Part shown: positions 38,897-51,960 of the stretch, piece by piece
Layout: each line of letters starts with the position of its first letter
How positions within the stretch are numbered: the stretch's first letter is position 1
Assembly: GCA_951406725.2 (NCBI GenBank)
Contig: OX597823.1
Span: 47,430,001 to 47,494,000 of the forward strand
Origin: Octopus vulgaris
Lineage: Eukaryota
DNA: 64,000 bases
Direction of reading: 5' to 3'
Made by a program: the position numbers and the translations under genes
Notes under the pieces: model-generated
What the model was told of the DNA's origin: nothing
Database searches by the model: none
What the model saw: the letters and a program-made list of their open reading frames with translations, nothing else

Positions 38897-39597
38897 GCTC
38901 ACTTAGATGTCTAATATTGTACATGACCAGGTGTAAAAAACAGCATGTTTAGAATTGTAATGATCTCTAATATCACCTCTCGGAGATGTCATCTGCCTGA
39001 AAAACAATTAGTTAAGTTAGCTTATCATGAAATGATTAAAAATGATATATGAGAGATTGAACTGATGAGGCTTTTTCCCCTCAACGCATAATTATTTGTT
39101 ATTAGAATTTTAATAATCACTAATTAAATATTGCATTATTAATTAAATGTATTAAATATTACATGTTAATAATGCTCACTACATGAAAATAAATTTGTTT
39201 TTCATGTAGATGGTCCCTCTGAGTAATTAACCTCGTTGATTTACTATTATCATTACTCTATTAATTCCACCATTTTTCAGCAGTGCTGCAATGGAGTTTA
39301 AATATATTGTCGACCTGTTGATTTTTGAAGATTATATTTTCTTTTCTGTTTTTTTTTTTTTTTTTTTTTCTCATTTAATTATCCCAGCTATTTAGTTTTC
39401 TGTTTGATTCAAACTTCTAATGATGACTGCTTCCATTGGTTATCATATGTGTAATCTGGATCCTTAGGAAAGGAAAACTTAATTCTTGCTAATAAGATGA
39501 TAACTTTTACAGACTTTTAATCTCATCATTTGAGATAAAAAATGTTTACAGATACAAAGGAGCTGCAGTATATTTACTTTCTGATAGAAATAATCTT

Positions 39598-40430
39598 TGC
39601 TGCTATGGGCACAACACTTGAAATTGGGGAGGAAGGGGCCAGTCAGTTACATCAACACCAGCGCTTAACTGGTACTTATTTTAGTGACCCTGCAAAAATG
39701 AAAGGCAAGACGACCTTGGTGGAATTTGAACTTAGAATGTAGAGACATGAAACACTGCTAAGTATTTTTCCCAGCATGCTAATGATTCTGCCAGCTCACT
39801 TACCTTAAACTTTGTGATATAAATGATGAGATTCCTTACTATAATAATAATAATAATAATAATAATCTTTTCTAGCATAGGCACAAAGCCTGAAATCTTG
39901 AGGGAGGGCTTAAGTCAATTACATTGTCGGACTACTCAGTTGGTACTTATTTTATTGACCCCAAAAGGATGAAAGGCAAAGTCAACCCCAGCAGCATTTG
40001 AACTCACAAAGTAAAAATTGACAAAATACCACCAAGCATTTTGTCCAGTGTGCTAACAATTCTGCCAACTTGCCACCTTAAGCTTTGTGACATAGAAAAT
40101 GAGATTCTTTACTATAATGATAATAATAATAATAATAATATACTTATCTGAGTGAATATAATTTTCTTTTTTTTTTTGTTTTGTTTACAATGTGATATAA
40201 ATAATGAGATTCACTCAGATAATTATGAGATGGCAGAATCATTAGCATACTGGGCAAAATGCTTAGTGGTATTCCATCTGCTGCAATGCTCTGAGTTCAA
40301 ATTCCAACGAGGTCAACTTTGCCTTTCATCCTTTTGAAGTCAATAAAATAAGTACCAGTTGAATACTGAGGTCAATGTAATCAACTTAACCTCTCCCCCA
40401 AAATTGCTGCCCTTGAGGCAAAATTTGTAA
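39598..40430. mobile_element. Cluster of three SINE B copies (39598-39805 -, 39866-40080 -, 40228-40430 +)
   Basis: Each carries the B box and the gcctttcatcc/ggatgaaaggc core. Confidence 0.8.
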
Positions 40431-40462
40431 CTATTACTACTACTATTATTATTATTATTATA

Positions 40463-40860
40463 GGCGTAGGAGTGGCTGTGCGGTAAGTAGCTTGCTTACA
40501 AACCACATGGTTCCGGGTTCAGTCCCACTGCAGGGCACCTTAGGCAAGTGTCTTCTACTATAGTCTCAGGCCAACCAAAGCCTTGTGAGTGGATCTGGTA
40601 GATGGATACTGAAAGAAGCCTGTCGTATATATGTATAATATATATGTATGTGTGTGTATATGTTTGTGCCCGCCAACATCGCTTGACAACCGATGCTGGT
40701 GTGCTTACATCCCCGTAACTTAGCGGTTCGGCAAAAGAGACTGATAAAATAAGTACTGGGCTTTTCAAAGAATAAGTCCTGGGGTCGATTTGCTAGACTA
40801 AAAGTGGTGCTCCAGCATGGCCACAGTCAAATGACTGAAACAAGTAAAAGAGTAAAGAGT
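40463..40860 (+). mobile_element. SINE family A, full length, best-preserved copy
   Basis: ggcgtaggagtggctgtgcggtaag (A box), gggttcagtccc (B box), ccttaggcaagtgtct, internal microsatellite, tail gaaacaagtaaaagagtaaagag. Confidence 0.92.
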
Positions 40861-41357
40861 ATTATTATTATTATTATTATTATGCGAAATGTTGCCAACC
40901 AAGAAATACCAAAGGCTTTCACTGGCTATGACCTGTCCAGTCTGTATCTACTTAGGATGAAAATATACTTCCATCTCAATCTTAGTATTCACCTGTATTA
41001 ATCCATCGCACATCATAAGTGATATCCATCACCTTGCTTGGAAGTAAGATGTTGGTGAACAATAAATAAATAAATAAATAAATAAGAGCAATATATTGCT
41101 ATTATCGGGGGGCTTTTATTTACATGATATTTTGCCAGATAAATGGATATTGTCATTGTGATTGACATTTGTCCACAATATAAAACCCTTTATGAGATGT
41201 GCATATCAGAAATATCCTTCTGTTGACCTATTCAAGATGAACATTTAAAATACAGATGATGCCTTAATTAATCATAACTGAACGTTCCAATTCTTTATTC
41301 ATCTCCATATTCTCTCCATAAGTAATTTTAGTTTTTTATTTATTTAATCAGCCTCTG

Positions 41358-41388
<31 letters not shown>

Positions 41389-42286
41389 ATTGTAATCAAG
41401 AAACCATTTTTCATTGTTCCTTCTGTAGTGAACTGCTAAAACAAGTAGCAGTAATTTCTTTGTTTGTCCAAAGATCAAGAGAAACCAGAAGACTTTTAAC
41501 TGCCCTGATTATCTCTAAGATGTTTGATTTTAAATATATGTATACATATATGTCTCCTTCAACTGTACGACATCTGATATATATTCAGATGAACAAAATA
41601 ACTTTGAAACTAATTTATTTTACTGTGCAGTGTTATTGGCTCTTGAAAAAAACGATTGTCTCTCGTTGGTAGCCTTGTATATATAATATATGTCAATGAT
41701 CTAGATTATGCTCATCATAAAACTTCAGGAAGTGAACATTTTAAATATTAGCCAAAAGTAAACTAAAAACAATAAAATGAAAATAGAAATGCCTGTCACT
41801 CATATTAACAAAAGAGTTTTAACCTCTATCAGTCTTACAATTCTTTTGCCTTTTCAGAAGTCAAAATCAGAGAATACTGTAAAATATATTCTGTAAATAA
41901 TTTTTGCTAATATTCACAGAACATAACTCCCTATAGGTATGAAGACTTTTACAATTAAGCATACAAAAATTATATATACACACACACACATATATATATA
42001 TAAGCATAGTTTTATATCTGTTTTCCATGCTGGTGAGTTAACCAGATCGTTGTTGCTCTCTTTAATGAGTGAGGAGACCACATCTCGCATGTTAGTTTCA
42101 TTTTTGGCTTGGTTTCTATAGCTGGTTTGCCCTGTCTTTGGCACCAACCACTTTACAGAATGCCTTGGATGTATTTCTTTCATGGTACCAGCACTAGAAA
42201 AGTTGGGGTGTCTTTGACAAAATTCTTTCTAACCCTATTTTTATATGTATCCCTCCTCTCTCACTCCATATATATATATATAGTGA

Positions 42287-42650
42287 AGGCACATAGCTCA
42301 GTGGTTAGAGTGTTGAGCTTACGATCGTGAAGTTGTGAGTTTGATTCCTGGACCGGGCTGCGTGTTGTGTTCTTGAGCAAGACACTTTATTTCAAGTTGC
42401 TCCAGTTCACTCAGCTGTAGAAATGATTTGCGACATCACTGGTGCCAAGCTGTACCGGCTGCTGCCTTTCGCTTGGGTAACATCAGTGGTGTGGAGAAGG
42501 GAGGCTGGTGTGTATGGCCAACTGCTGGTCTTCCATAAAATTGACCCTAGGTTGTGTGTTGACCGGTGAGGTGACTTTCTGCCCAGATTTGTACTCCGGA
42601 GGGGAACCTCTTAGGTGCACCCATGGTCATTCGTGACTGATGGAGTTGAG
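42287..42650 (+). mobile_element. SINE family C, alternative 3' body (C2)
   Basis: Same head and CORE-like block as 13981 but body cactggtgccaagctgta...ctggtcttccataaa; second copy at 48046. Confidence 0.85.
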
Positions 42651-43966
42651 TTTACATATATATATATATATATGTATGTATATGTATATATACATACACA
42701 CACGAGCATATATATCTTTTATCTTGTTTGAGCCATTAGCCTGTGGCTATGTTGGGGTACCACTTTGAAAAAGTTTTGTTGATTGAATCAGCCCCAGTAC
42801 TTATTATACACACATACATACACATATATATTTATGTATGTATGTCCCCCATTGCTTAGTGGTTCAGCAAAAAACACTGATAGAATAAGTACTAGGCTTA
42901 AAAAAATAAGTCCTGGGGTTGATTTGTTCAACTAAAACCCTTCAAAGTGCTCCAGTGTGGTCGCAGTCAAATGACTGAAACAAGTAAAAAAAATAATAAA
43001 GGAATAAATAAAAAAAAACCTAAAATATTCAGCATAGAAATTCTGTTGCTTTTATTTCAGAAATTATTTATTAACTGTGAGAAACTTTTTTTTTCACTTT
43101 TTGAATTTTTTTTTTTTTTTTTTGGTAAGTTTTAAAATTTGAATTCTATTCAAATATGTTTTGTAGGAAAAGTGGTGGTGGTGGTGGTGGTGGTGGTGGT
43201 GACGATGGGGGAGGGGGTAGAGAGAAAAAGGAAACAAACTTTCCCATCAAAATAAGAAATCTTCAATAACTTAAGTGATTTTAAAGTCAGTGGTTTTAGA
43301 GAAAACATTTGAGTGTGTGTGTGTGTGTGTGTGTATGTGTGTGTGCGTGTGTGTGTGCGTATGTGTGTATGTGTGATGTGTATGCATGTGTATATACATG
43401 TTGGTTTATAGAAATATTGACATGATATGCCGTCTATTTATTGAGGTTTTAGCAAAAGTTTTTAGGCAGCACTGAATACTTCTACAGAGTTGTAAGATTG
43501 GTGTAATATTTAATGTATCCATACAATAACTATTTTCTATAAATCTTTCTGGCAATTTTCTTCTGAAAACTGGCAAAATGTAGGCCAGAATGCTAAGATA
43601 TTGTTACAGATTATTGTTACTTTAAACATCATTGTTGCAACACAATGATTGCGATATGTTAGAGCATTTCAAGAGATTATTTATTTATTTATGATCAAAG
43701 TGAAACCATTGTGTCTTTAAGAATGTTATCTTAATCTTTGCTCCTTTCTGACTTAGTTTGTTTGCCATTTGTATTTATAGCCTGCTACAATATCGGCATC
43801 AACAACATTTCAATAGGGGGAAAAAAAAGAAGGAAACAAAAACCTGTTATTTTCTTTATTTATTAAACTGAGATAATTTAGATATTCACTTCCTATTCCT
43901 TGCTGCAAAAAATATATATCTATATATCTATATATATACATATATATAAATAAATAAATACAAACA

Positions 43967-44231
43967 TTAAGGAATGGAGTAGATAAGATCCTGGCTACAT
44001 ATGTTTCATAGTGAGTGAAACCTTGGAAGTGGTAAAATATCCAAGCGAGGTGTTCGGTACATATGTTAACATGTACCTACTTGCGACAATGTAAACTTTC
44101 ATTCAATCAAGATACCCATGGCCTGACAAGTAGCCTGCGGTATACCACATCACTTGAATATTTATCACTTCCGAAGTTCCACTCGGAAGTGAAACATATG
44201 TAACCCGGTTCTTATCTACTCCATTTCGTAA
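43967..44231. mobile_element. MITE / fold-back with ~90-bp inverted arms
   Basis: aatggagtagataagatcctggctacatatgtttca... mirrors ...tgaaacatatgtaacccggttcttatctactccatt. Confidence 0.85.
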
Positions 44232-44604
44232 CTCTTGTATTCTTATTCACATACCAGGCAACCCTGGTTACCTACCACGTAATATATAAAAAGTTTATTG
44301 TACTTTAATCCAAAAACATCCACAACCTTCCATCTCAGTAAACCAATATTGTCTATGAAAGTTGTTTTTTATATTTACTACAGATTGCTTGAAGCCAACT
44401 GTCTTCCTACACTTTCATCCTTAGATCTTATCTCTCTCTATATATATATATATCTTAATATCATACTTCACATGCCTTGTGTTTTTCACTTTGGTACCTT
44501 GATGTTTTTTACATATTGTAAAGAACTTGCATAGAACTTTGAATATTTTGCTGTCCATCAATTTGTACTGCTTCTTCACCATTTTTATCATTACTGCCAA
44601 TGTA

Positions 44605-44850
44605 ATTTCAGTGTGACATCATCATAGCTTCTATATTTCAGTGTGATATCTTCATGTCTCATATATATTCCCACTGTGCCTTCATGTCATATATATTCAA
44701 TTGTGGTATCACATATTTCGCACATTTCAGTGTGTACTTTCGTGTCATGTCATAAACTCTTTGGTACCATTAAGTTTCATACATTCCAGTCTGATACCTT
44801 GATATCTTATATGTAGCAATGTGATATCACATGTAGTCCAGTGCAGTACT
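44605..44850. repeat. Degenerate ~30-bp minisatellite
   Basis: Recurrent atttcagtgtgatatc...catata-like units. Confidence 0.65.
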
Positions 44851-45077
44851 TTCTACTCTTGGCTATTTTATTGTATGTACATTAGAGAATGAGTATAGAT
44901 TTATACCTTTTGTATTATTATGCTTTTCATCTCGCCTCCAATTTCTCCAATAAAATATCTCAAATCTGGTTGTTAATGATTAATGATTGCAGTACCCCAA
45001 CAACTACAAGGGAGACAGTTACTTTTCTTCATTGCCCACATTTTTTAGTACTTATTATTTTCATTATCATCATCTCC

Positions 45078-45505
45078 AGGTGATGAGCTGGTAGAATTGT
45101 TAGCATGCCGGACAAAATGCTCTATCTGCATGTTCTGAGTTCAAATTCTGCCAAGGTTGACTTTGCCTTCTCATCCTTTTTGTGGTTGATAAATTAAGTA
45201 CCAGGGAAATACTGGGATCTATATAATCAACTAGTCCCCTTCCCCCAAATTTCAGGCTTTGTGCCTTAAGATCAAAGGATTATTATTATTGTTATTAGGG
45301 TGGTGAGCCGACAGAATTGTCAGCATGCCACACAAAATTCTTAGCAGCATTTTGTTTGTCCTTACATTCTAAGTTCAAATTCCACTGATGTCCACGGAGC
45401 CTTTCATCCCTTTGGGTGTCAATAAAATAAGTACCAGTTGAGCACTGGTGCCAATCTAATCAACTTACTCACTCCCCCGAAATTACTGGCCTTGTGCCAA
45501 AATAT
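45078..45505 (+). mobile_element. Two tandem SINE B copies with different short tails
   Basis: 45078-45285 (tail tttcaggctttgtgcc) and 45298-45505 (tail actggccttgtgccaaaa). Confidence 0.85.
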
Positions 45506-45513
45506 TATTATTA

Positions 45514-45563
<50 letters not shown>

Positions 45564-45729
45564 ATTATTATTGAGTGAGAGAGCAGTACATGCAATCAAA
45601 GTGACACCAGGGTGAAATATATGAAGCCCAGGATACTCATCATGACTACTGTTCTAATAAGGGTGCACCAGGCACATGCATCGCAACCACATGTGCACGA
45701 CATGGTGATCTCCTATCAAGATAAACAGG

Positions 45730-45774
<45 letters not shown>

Positions 45775-45814
45775 CATTATTATTATTATTATTACTACTA
45801 TTATTATTATTATT

Positions 45815-45876
<62 letters not shown>
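45504..45876. repeat. (ATT)n/(CAT)n microsatellites flanking a ~158-bp insert (45573-45730)
   Basis: Direct reading of the sequence; explains the poly-L/S/M/I ORFs. Confidence 0.9.
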
Positions 45877-46674
45877 AGTCTGGTTTGGGAATGGTAGTTT
45901 TTTGGGGTTTTTTATCTGTTCATATTTTCTGTTCTTTATTAAATGTTTTACCGGAATATCGCTTATTATTATTATTATTATTATTCGGTGAAGGCTAACA
46001 TTTTTATTTGCCAAATAAACCGAGATAAATATGGAAATAGATTTCAAGGGTCGAGAGGATAATGCATGTAAATAACTTGCCCCTTTTATTTTTATATTTC
46101 ATTTCATTTACTTTTTTTTTTTATTGATCTAATATCATTTTCCTTGATTTACACTTACACGCTGAAGGTTCTCTCTTTCTCTGTGACATTGATGTCAGTC
46201 AGCTGTGTCAAATACTCCAGCAGTTAAAGTGAACTCAATTTCCTCGCTGGTGAAAACAATTACACTTTCACTATGACACTTCCAAGATGTTCTACTGTCT
46301 ATTCTCTTATCTTGGCTTTTCTTTCCTCCCAACAATTTCTACATCTATTTTTTTTTCTTCTTCTTCTTTGTCTTTTTTTTTTACACTAATGAGTTTAAGA
46401 CATTTTCAGAAAATATTTCTCCTCCAATAAAATTTAATCTTTTTTTTACTTTTTTAAATTATGTTACATGCAATCTTGTTCAATAGTATTAGTTCTATAC
46501 ACAAACTGTACCAAGATTAATTACCACTCAAAAATTCTCATGAACAACTAGCTTTTTCTGCCAGCCATTCATCCAGTTATCTATCTGCCCATCATTACTC
46601 GGGTTTTTTTTTTTTTTTTTTTTCCTTCTCTTCTTCTCATTCTTGCTATGATACAATTTTTATTCAATCAAAAG

Positions 46675-46781
46675 AAACTCACAAGAAGAGACATAAAAGA
46701 AAACTCTTTACAGAGAGTGGATTGAGAGATGTGTACAGCAAAGGAAGACCAATCGTGGAAAACTTTCAACTGAAATTATAA
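46675..46781 (+). CDS. Candidate terminal exon, phase 1: x-THKKRHKRKLFTESGLRDVYSKGRPIVENFQLKL*
   Basis: First AG after the long pyrimidine tract at 46604-46645; 34 open codons, purine-rich and protein-like. Confidence 0.45.
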
Positions 46782-47454
46782 TCAGTAATTTTGATTTCAA
46801 TTGGCAGCGATTAATGCTACTTTTTTTTCCTTCTTTTTATTCTATTTTCATTGTATGTTTTTCTTCCTTATTTTGTAGTTTTACAATTTCGATGTCAAAT
46901 TTAACTTCTGCTTGGCTTCCTACTTGCTCACTGCTTGAACAGTACCATAATCAGCTCATTTGTACTTGTTTGAGTAGTTTACTCTCACAGCTGCTGTATA
47001 ATATACCAGATTAACTGACTTAGAAATGAAATTTGCTATAACTTACTCCTCCTCAAGCTTTCAACCTATATTACATCCTCTAGGGAAAGTGTTAGTAATT
47101 CTAAAAAATTGATTCTCTGGTTTTTTTTTAATGTCTGTATGGTTATGAGCACATTTTTTCATTATGTTTTAAATATCATATAGAGAAATATAAGAAGTAG
47201 ATAAGCTATGAAACACATAGTTCAAAATCTACCACATAAAATATTCTGTATCAGTCACTAAAATGATAGTGACACTGCTTGTTCTTCAGAAAAAAATAAA
47301 GACTCGTTTATGTAATTCAGTCTGTAGAAAGTTTTCAGAGTTAAGTGGATGACTTGAGCCAATTATTCAATCATTAAACATTCTCTTCCCCGCAAAACAA
47401 TTTTTGTTGGCTGTTATTTCTCATTTTTTAGATTTGGTATTGATGGATCTGTGT

Positions 47455-47695
47455 TGGTGCCACATAAAAAGCACTTGTACTGGTGCCACATATAAAATAC
47501 TCATGCTTGTGCTATGTAAAAAGCACTGAAGCTGGTGCCACACAAAAAGGCTCCCAGTACACTTTGTGGGCATCTAGCTGTAGAAACCATAACAGAACAG
47601 GCAACAGTGCCTGATGTGGTCCTTGGTCATACCAGCTCCGGTCAAACCATCCATCCTATGCCAGCATGAAAAACAAATCTTAAATGATGATGATG
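47455..47695 (+). mobile_element. SINE family D, degenerate
   Basis: Repeated ggtgccac..aaaaagcac units, gggcatctagctgtagaaac, (gat)n tail. Confidence 0.7.
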
Positions 47696-48045
47696 AAAAG
47701 GTTTATGGGTATTTTAGATGCTCCCTAACTATAATAGTACATGTTTAGAAAAATATGATTTTAGTGTATTGAAGTTTACAGGAGGTTCAACTTCATATAT
47801 AGAGCCTGGTATGATTCTTTTGACATTTTTTCTTCCTTTATGGAAAAGGTACTATCAAATACGGTGCATTATGAAAGAAACTAGTGCAAGGTACATTGTA
47901 CATCCTTCTTTAGATACAGCAGTATCACATGGATAAGTAAATATCATGGTGCTAATGGCAAAAACAGTAACAAAGGCTGAGCAAGTTCTTCACAATATAA
48001 AACAGCATTTTGATACATGCTAAAGACACACAGAGCTGACCATGT

Positions 48046-48372
48046 GAAGGCATATAGCTCACTGGTTAGAGCGTTGGGCTCACAATCATGAGGTAGTGAG
48101 TTCAATTCCCGGACTGAGCTGTGTGTTATGTTCTTGAACAAGACACTTTATTTAATGTTGCTCCAGTTCACTCAGCTGTAGAAATGAATTGCAGTGTCAC
48201 TGGTGCCAAGCTGTATCAGCCTTTGCTTTTCCCTTGGATAATATCAGTGTCATGGAGAGGGGTGGCTGGTATGCATGGGTGACTACTGGTCTTCCATAAA
48301 AAGAACCTTGCCCAGACTTGTGCCTTGGAGGGGAATTTTCTAGGTGCATTCATGACTGAAGGGGGTCTTTAT
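48046..48372 (+). mobile_element. SINE family C2
   Basis: Homologous over its length to 42287-42650. Confidence 0.85.
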
Positions 48373-48463
48373 TTTTACTTTTAAAGGCACTCTCTCTCTC
48401 ACACACACACATACACATGTCAGCTTTTGTAATTAATTTTATGTCTTTTTCTTTATTATACAG

Positions 48464-48519
48464 GTTCTAAAACTATTGTGAAAAGCGTACAACGTTGGCT
48501 AATGTACTATGCTGGCTGA
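48464..48519 (+). CDS. Candidate exon, phase 1: x-SKTIVKSVQRWLMYYAG*
   Basis: Strong acceptor tgtctttttctttattataCAG|; non-repetitive sequence continues to a possible donor gag|GTATTT near 48633; could be non-coding. Confidence 0.3.
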
Positions 48520-48964
48520 GGGGCAGGTTACCAATGAAACAAATGCTCAACTTAACCTGGTCAAGCTGACAGACAACTTCATGGTATTGGCAAACACCAA
48601 ACTGAACTATAATATCTGGGGCAATTGACAGAGGTATTTATCACTAGTCATTCAATTTCTTACCATCTAAAATGCTGCTCTTTAAGTAAAAGAATGTATA
48701 TTTGTAATTTTTGTTTTTTGTTCTGAGATTTTAGCTGCTAAATCCTGTTACACTATTCAAAAATATGTCACCAGTATTATTATAAAATATTGTTTGTAAA
48801 AGCTTGTTACAACTATAGAAATTGTTCATTTCATCTGATATTATGAAGTCCTCTGGATAGCCAAGAACTAATTAAAAAGAAAGGTGACCAGCTTGTAAAC
48901 TTTTTGTATTATTATTGTTATTATTATCATCATCATCATCATCATAATAATAATAATAAAAGAA

Positions 48965-49410
48965 GACAGTGAGCTGACAGAATCATTAGCAAGCCAGGCA
49001 AAATGCTTAGCAGCATTTCGTCCGTCTCCACATTCTGAGTTCAAATTCCGCCAAGGTTGACTTTGCCTTTGATCCTTTCAAGATTGATAACATATGTACC
49101 AGTTGAGCATTAGGGTTGATGTAATTGACTTTCCCCTCTCCCAAAATTGCTGGCCTTGTGCCAAAATTTGAAATCATTACTATTGTTATTATTCTAAAAT
49201 AAGTCAGGAAGCTGGTAGAATCGTAACTGTGCTGGAAAACGTGTTTAGTGGCTTTTCTTCTGACTTTACATTCTGAGTTCAAATTCAGCCGAGGTTCACT
49301 TTGCCTTTCATCCTTTCAGGGCCGATAAAATAAGTACCGGTTGAGCATTGAGGTCAGACTTGCACTTTCCCACACAATTGCTGGCCTTGGGCCAAAATTT
49401 GAAGCCATTA
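48965..49410 (+). mobile_element. Two tandem SINE B short-tail copies
   Basis: About 48965-49180 and 49204-49410, each ending ggccttg.gccaaaatttgaa-(att)n. Confidence 0.85.
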
Positions 49411-51046
49411 CTATAATTATTATTATTATTATTAAATGGGAAAAAGTTTTGGTTGATAAAAGTTTATAATGATAGTATTTAAGTCTTTAAAGAAAATAAT
49501 GTGTTCAAAAACATATGTTGGGTGATATGTTTGAGTTCTTCACGTCAGTCTTTCACAGACATTGCAACAAATTTCCATATTCTTCTAGCCTTTCTGTTAA
49601 GATCTGAATGGATCAACCTCAAGCTAAACTTCACATAGCATTGTTTATGAAGCCTCTGGACTAGACACTTTCTCATCAAAACAGAATCACTTCTCTGTGT
49701 TTATATTTACAAATTGATTTTTTTTCCCCCTTTATCATTTCAAGATTTGAATAGAATATCTCTTGGGTGTTTATAAATTGGCAGAATCTATCCATTTTCA
49801 GATTGTTTTGTACATAATTTCCTGCTTCATGGATTGAGATAGCAAGTACTAGAGTTAAGTATCTTGCTCAAAGATAAAGTGCAGCATCTGTGATTAGATA
49901 CCAACTTCCTGAGCCTAAATGCCAAAAACTTCATCTGTTCAGATATTTATCATAATGTAAATCTGGATAACATTTATCTAAGTGAAAAATCTTTATAACT
50001 ACATTTGCCAAAACTTTTTGATTCATTTTCAGTGTATTCTTCTATATCTTATCTCAGATAAAACAATTGGCACTGAGGTGGGAAGATTTTTTTTTCCTTT
50101 AAATATTCCTGCTGCCAGCATTGGTTTAGAGATCCCAAATTTGTATTGTTCGCTCAGGAATATAGATGATTTTTTTTTATGTACATATCCAGCGTTTCAT
50201 TGTTGTATTAATAAAATTAAAACTTTAGCTACATTGTTAAAAGTGCTTACCATGATCTAAGATACTGCTCTTTAAAGTAAAAGAATGTATATTTGTAATT
50301 TTGTTTCTTGTTCCAAGATTTTAGCAGCTAAATCTTGTTGCACCTTCAGAAGCTAGTTCTCATTCATCAAAAATATGTGAGCCGTGTTACTCTGAAGTAT
50401 TTGAAATGTTTATCTTTTATGACATGTCAACTAATGAGTAATATGAGTGTGAGTATGTGGGTATACGCATACATACATATGTACCTATGTATGTATGTAT
50501 GTGTTCAGTCTATCTACATGGCATCTTGGTCAAGTGTCTTCTACTGAAGACTTGGGCCAACCAAGTGGCTTTGGTAGACAGAAACTTAAAGAAGTTCATC
50601 ATTTGTGTGTGTATATACACACATATATGTGTGTGTGTGTGTCTCCTTGTCTAGTTGTAAAATAATTGTCACTGCCATGCCAGTAGCATCATTCATTTCC
50701 AATATTCATCAAGAGAACATGTCTGGTCATTGGGAAATGTTACCTTCCTTGGAAACAAGTTAGGGCTGGCAACCTGAAGGGCTGGTCCTCACCTGTTGTA
50801 GAAAATTTGCCTCAGTAAACTCTATCCAATCCATGCAAGCATAGAAAAGTGAATGTTAAAGTGATAATAACAATACATGCGTGTATGTATAAATGATACA
50901 ATGCCTCTACTAGGTATGAAACCAAAACAACCATTTTAGATTTCACTTTCCATTGTGTCAAAGAGAATTCTATCAAATACTTTTCACAGTATTGATATGA
51001 GAGAAAATACTTGCAAAAACAGTGTATCTAGTCTACACTATGTTCT

Positions 51047-51304
51047 CTGAGGTTCTCAACCAGGGTTCATATGACCCTTGGGGATTCATGTAAGATTTTG
51101 TTAAAATTTATGTGGAATAAAATTGGTTATAGTTCTACAATACACAAAATATTTTGACAATTTTTTGTTTTACACAATTCCTAATAACATTCAGTTATAA
51201 AAATATAATGGGATTTTATTTAAACATCAAACAGCTATGGGGGTCCAGTAGAGTGAAATAGGAATGAAAGAAGTTCTTGGGCAAAAGTTGGTTGAGTGCC
51301 ACTG
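51047..51304. mobile_element. hAT-like MITE
   Basis: TIRs ctgaggttctcaacc / ggttgagtgccactg (consensus cagtggttctcaacc). Confidence 0.75.
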
Positions 51305-51649
51305 ATCTACATCAAGGAAGCAGACACATAAATACTTCTATAATAAAAATACTTTTCAGAAGAAATCAGTGAAATGTCTGATGCAAGAAAACCACCCAGT
51401 TACTGTGTAGGGTTCCACACAGACCTACCACACACTAGACAGGGAGCAGACTGAAAGTTGAAACTTTTTAATCTGACAAAGACCCAGACCAGTTATGACT
51501 ATCAGGCTCTTTGGTCAGCTAGAGTAAATGAGAGTCTGTAGAAAACTGAGCTACTAAAACTAATGTGTGTGTGTATGCACATACATATGTGTGTATGTTG
51601 ATATAAATACAAGCATACCCACACAGTCATATTCATACATATATCTCCT

Positions 51650-51885
51650 CTCAGCTATGAAATCCTTGTCTTGCAAGCTACTTGGTGACACCCCCATGAA
51701 TGCTGGTACCATATAAGAAACACCCAGTATACTCTGTAAAGTGGTTGGTATCAGGAATATCATCCAGCCATAGAAATCATGCTAAATCAGTTTAGTGGAG
51801 CCTGGTGTCGCCCTTCGGCTTACCAGCTCCTGCCAAACCGCTCAACCCATGTCAGTACGGAAAATGGATGTTTTGATGTTGATGA
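51650..51885 (+). mobile_element. SINE family D
   Basis: gtggttggtatcaggaatatcatccagccatagaaa...aacccatg...gatgttgatgat. Confidence 0.7.
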
Positions 51886-51926
51886 TAATAATAACGGTGG
51901 TGGTGGTGGTGAGGATGATGACAACC

Positions 51927-51960
<34 letters not shown>

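Noticed and set aside
45612-46047. Long ORFs with poly-L/S/M/I
   Set aside because: Translations of (ATT)n and (CAT)n microsatellites
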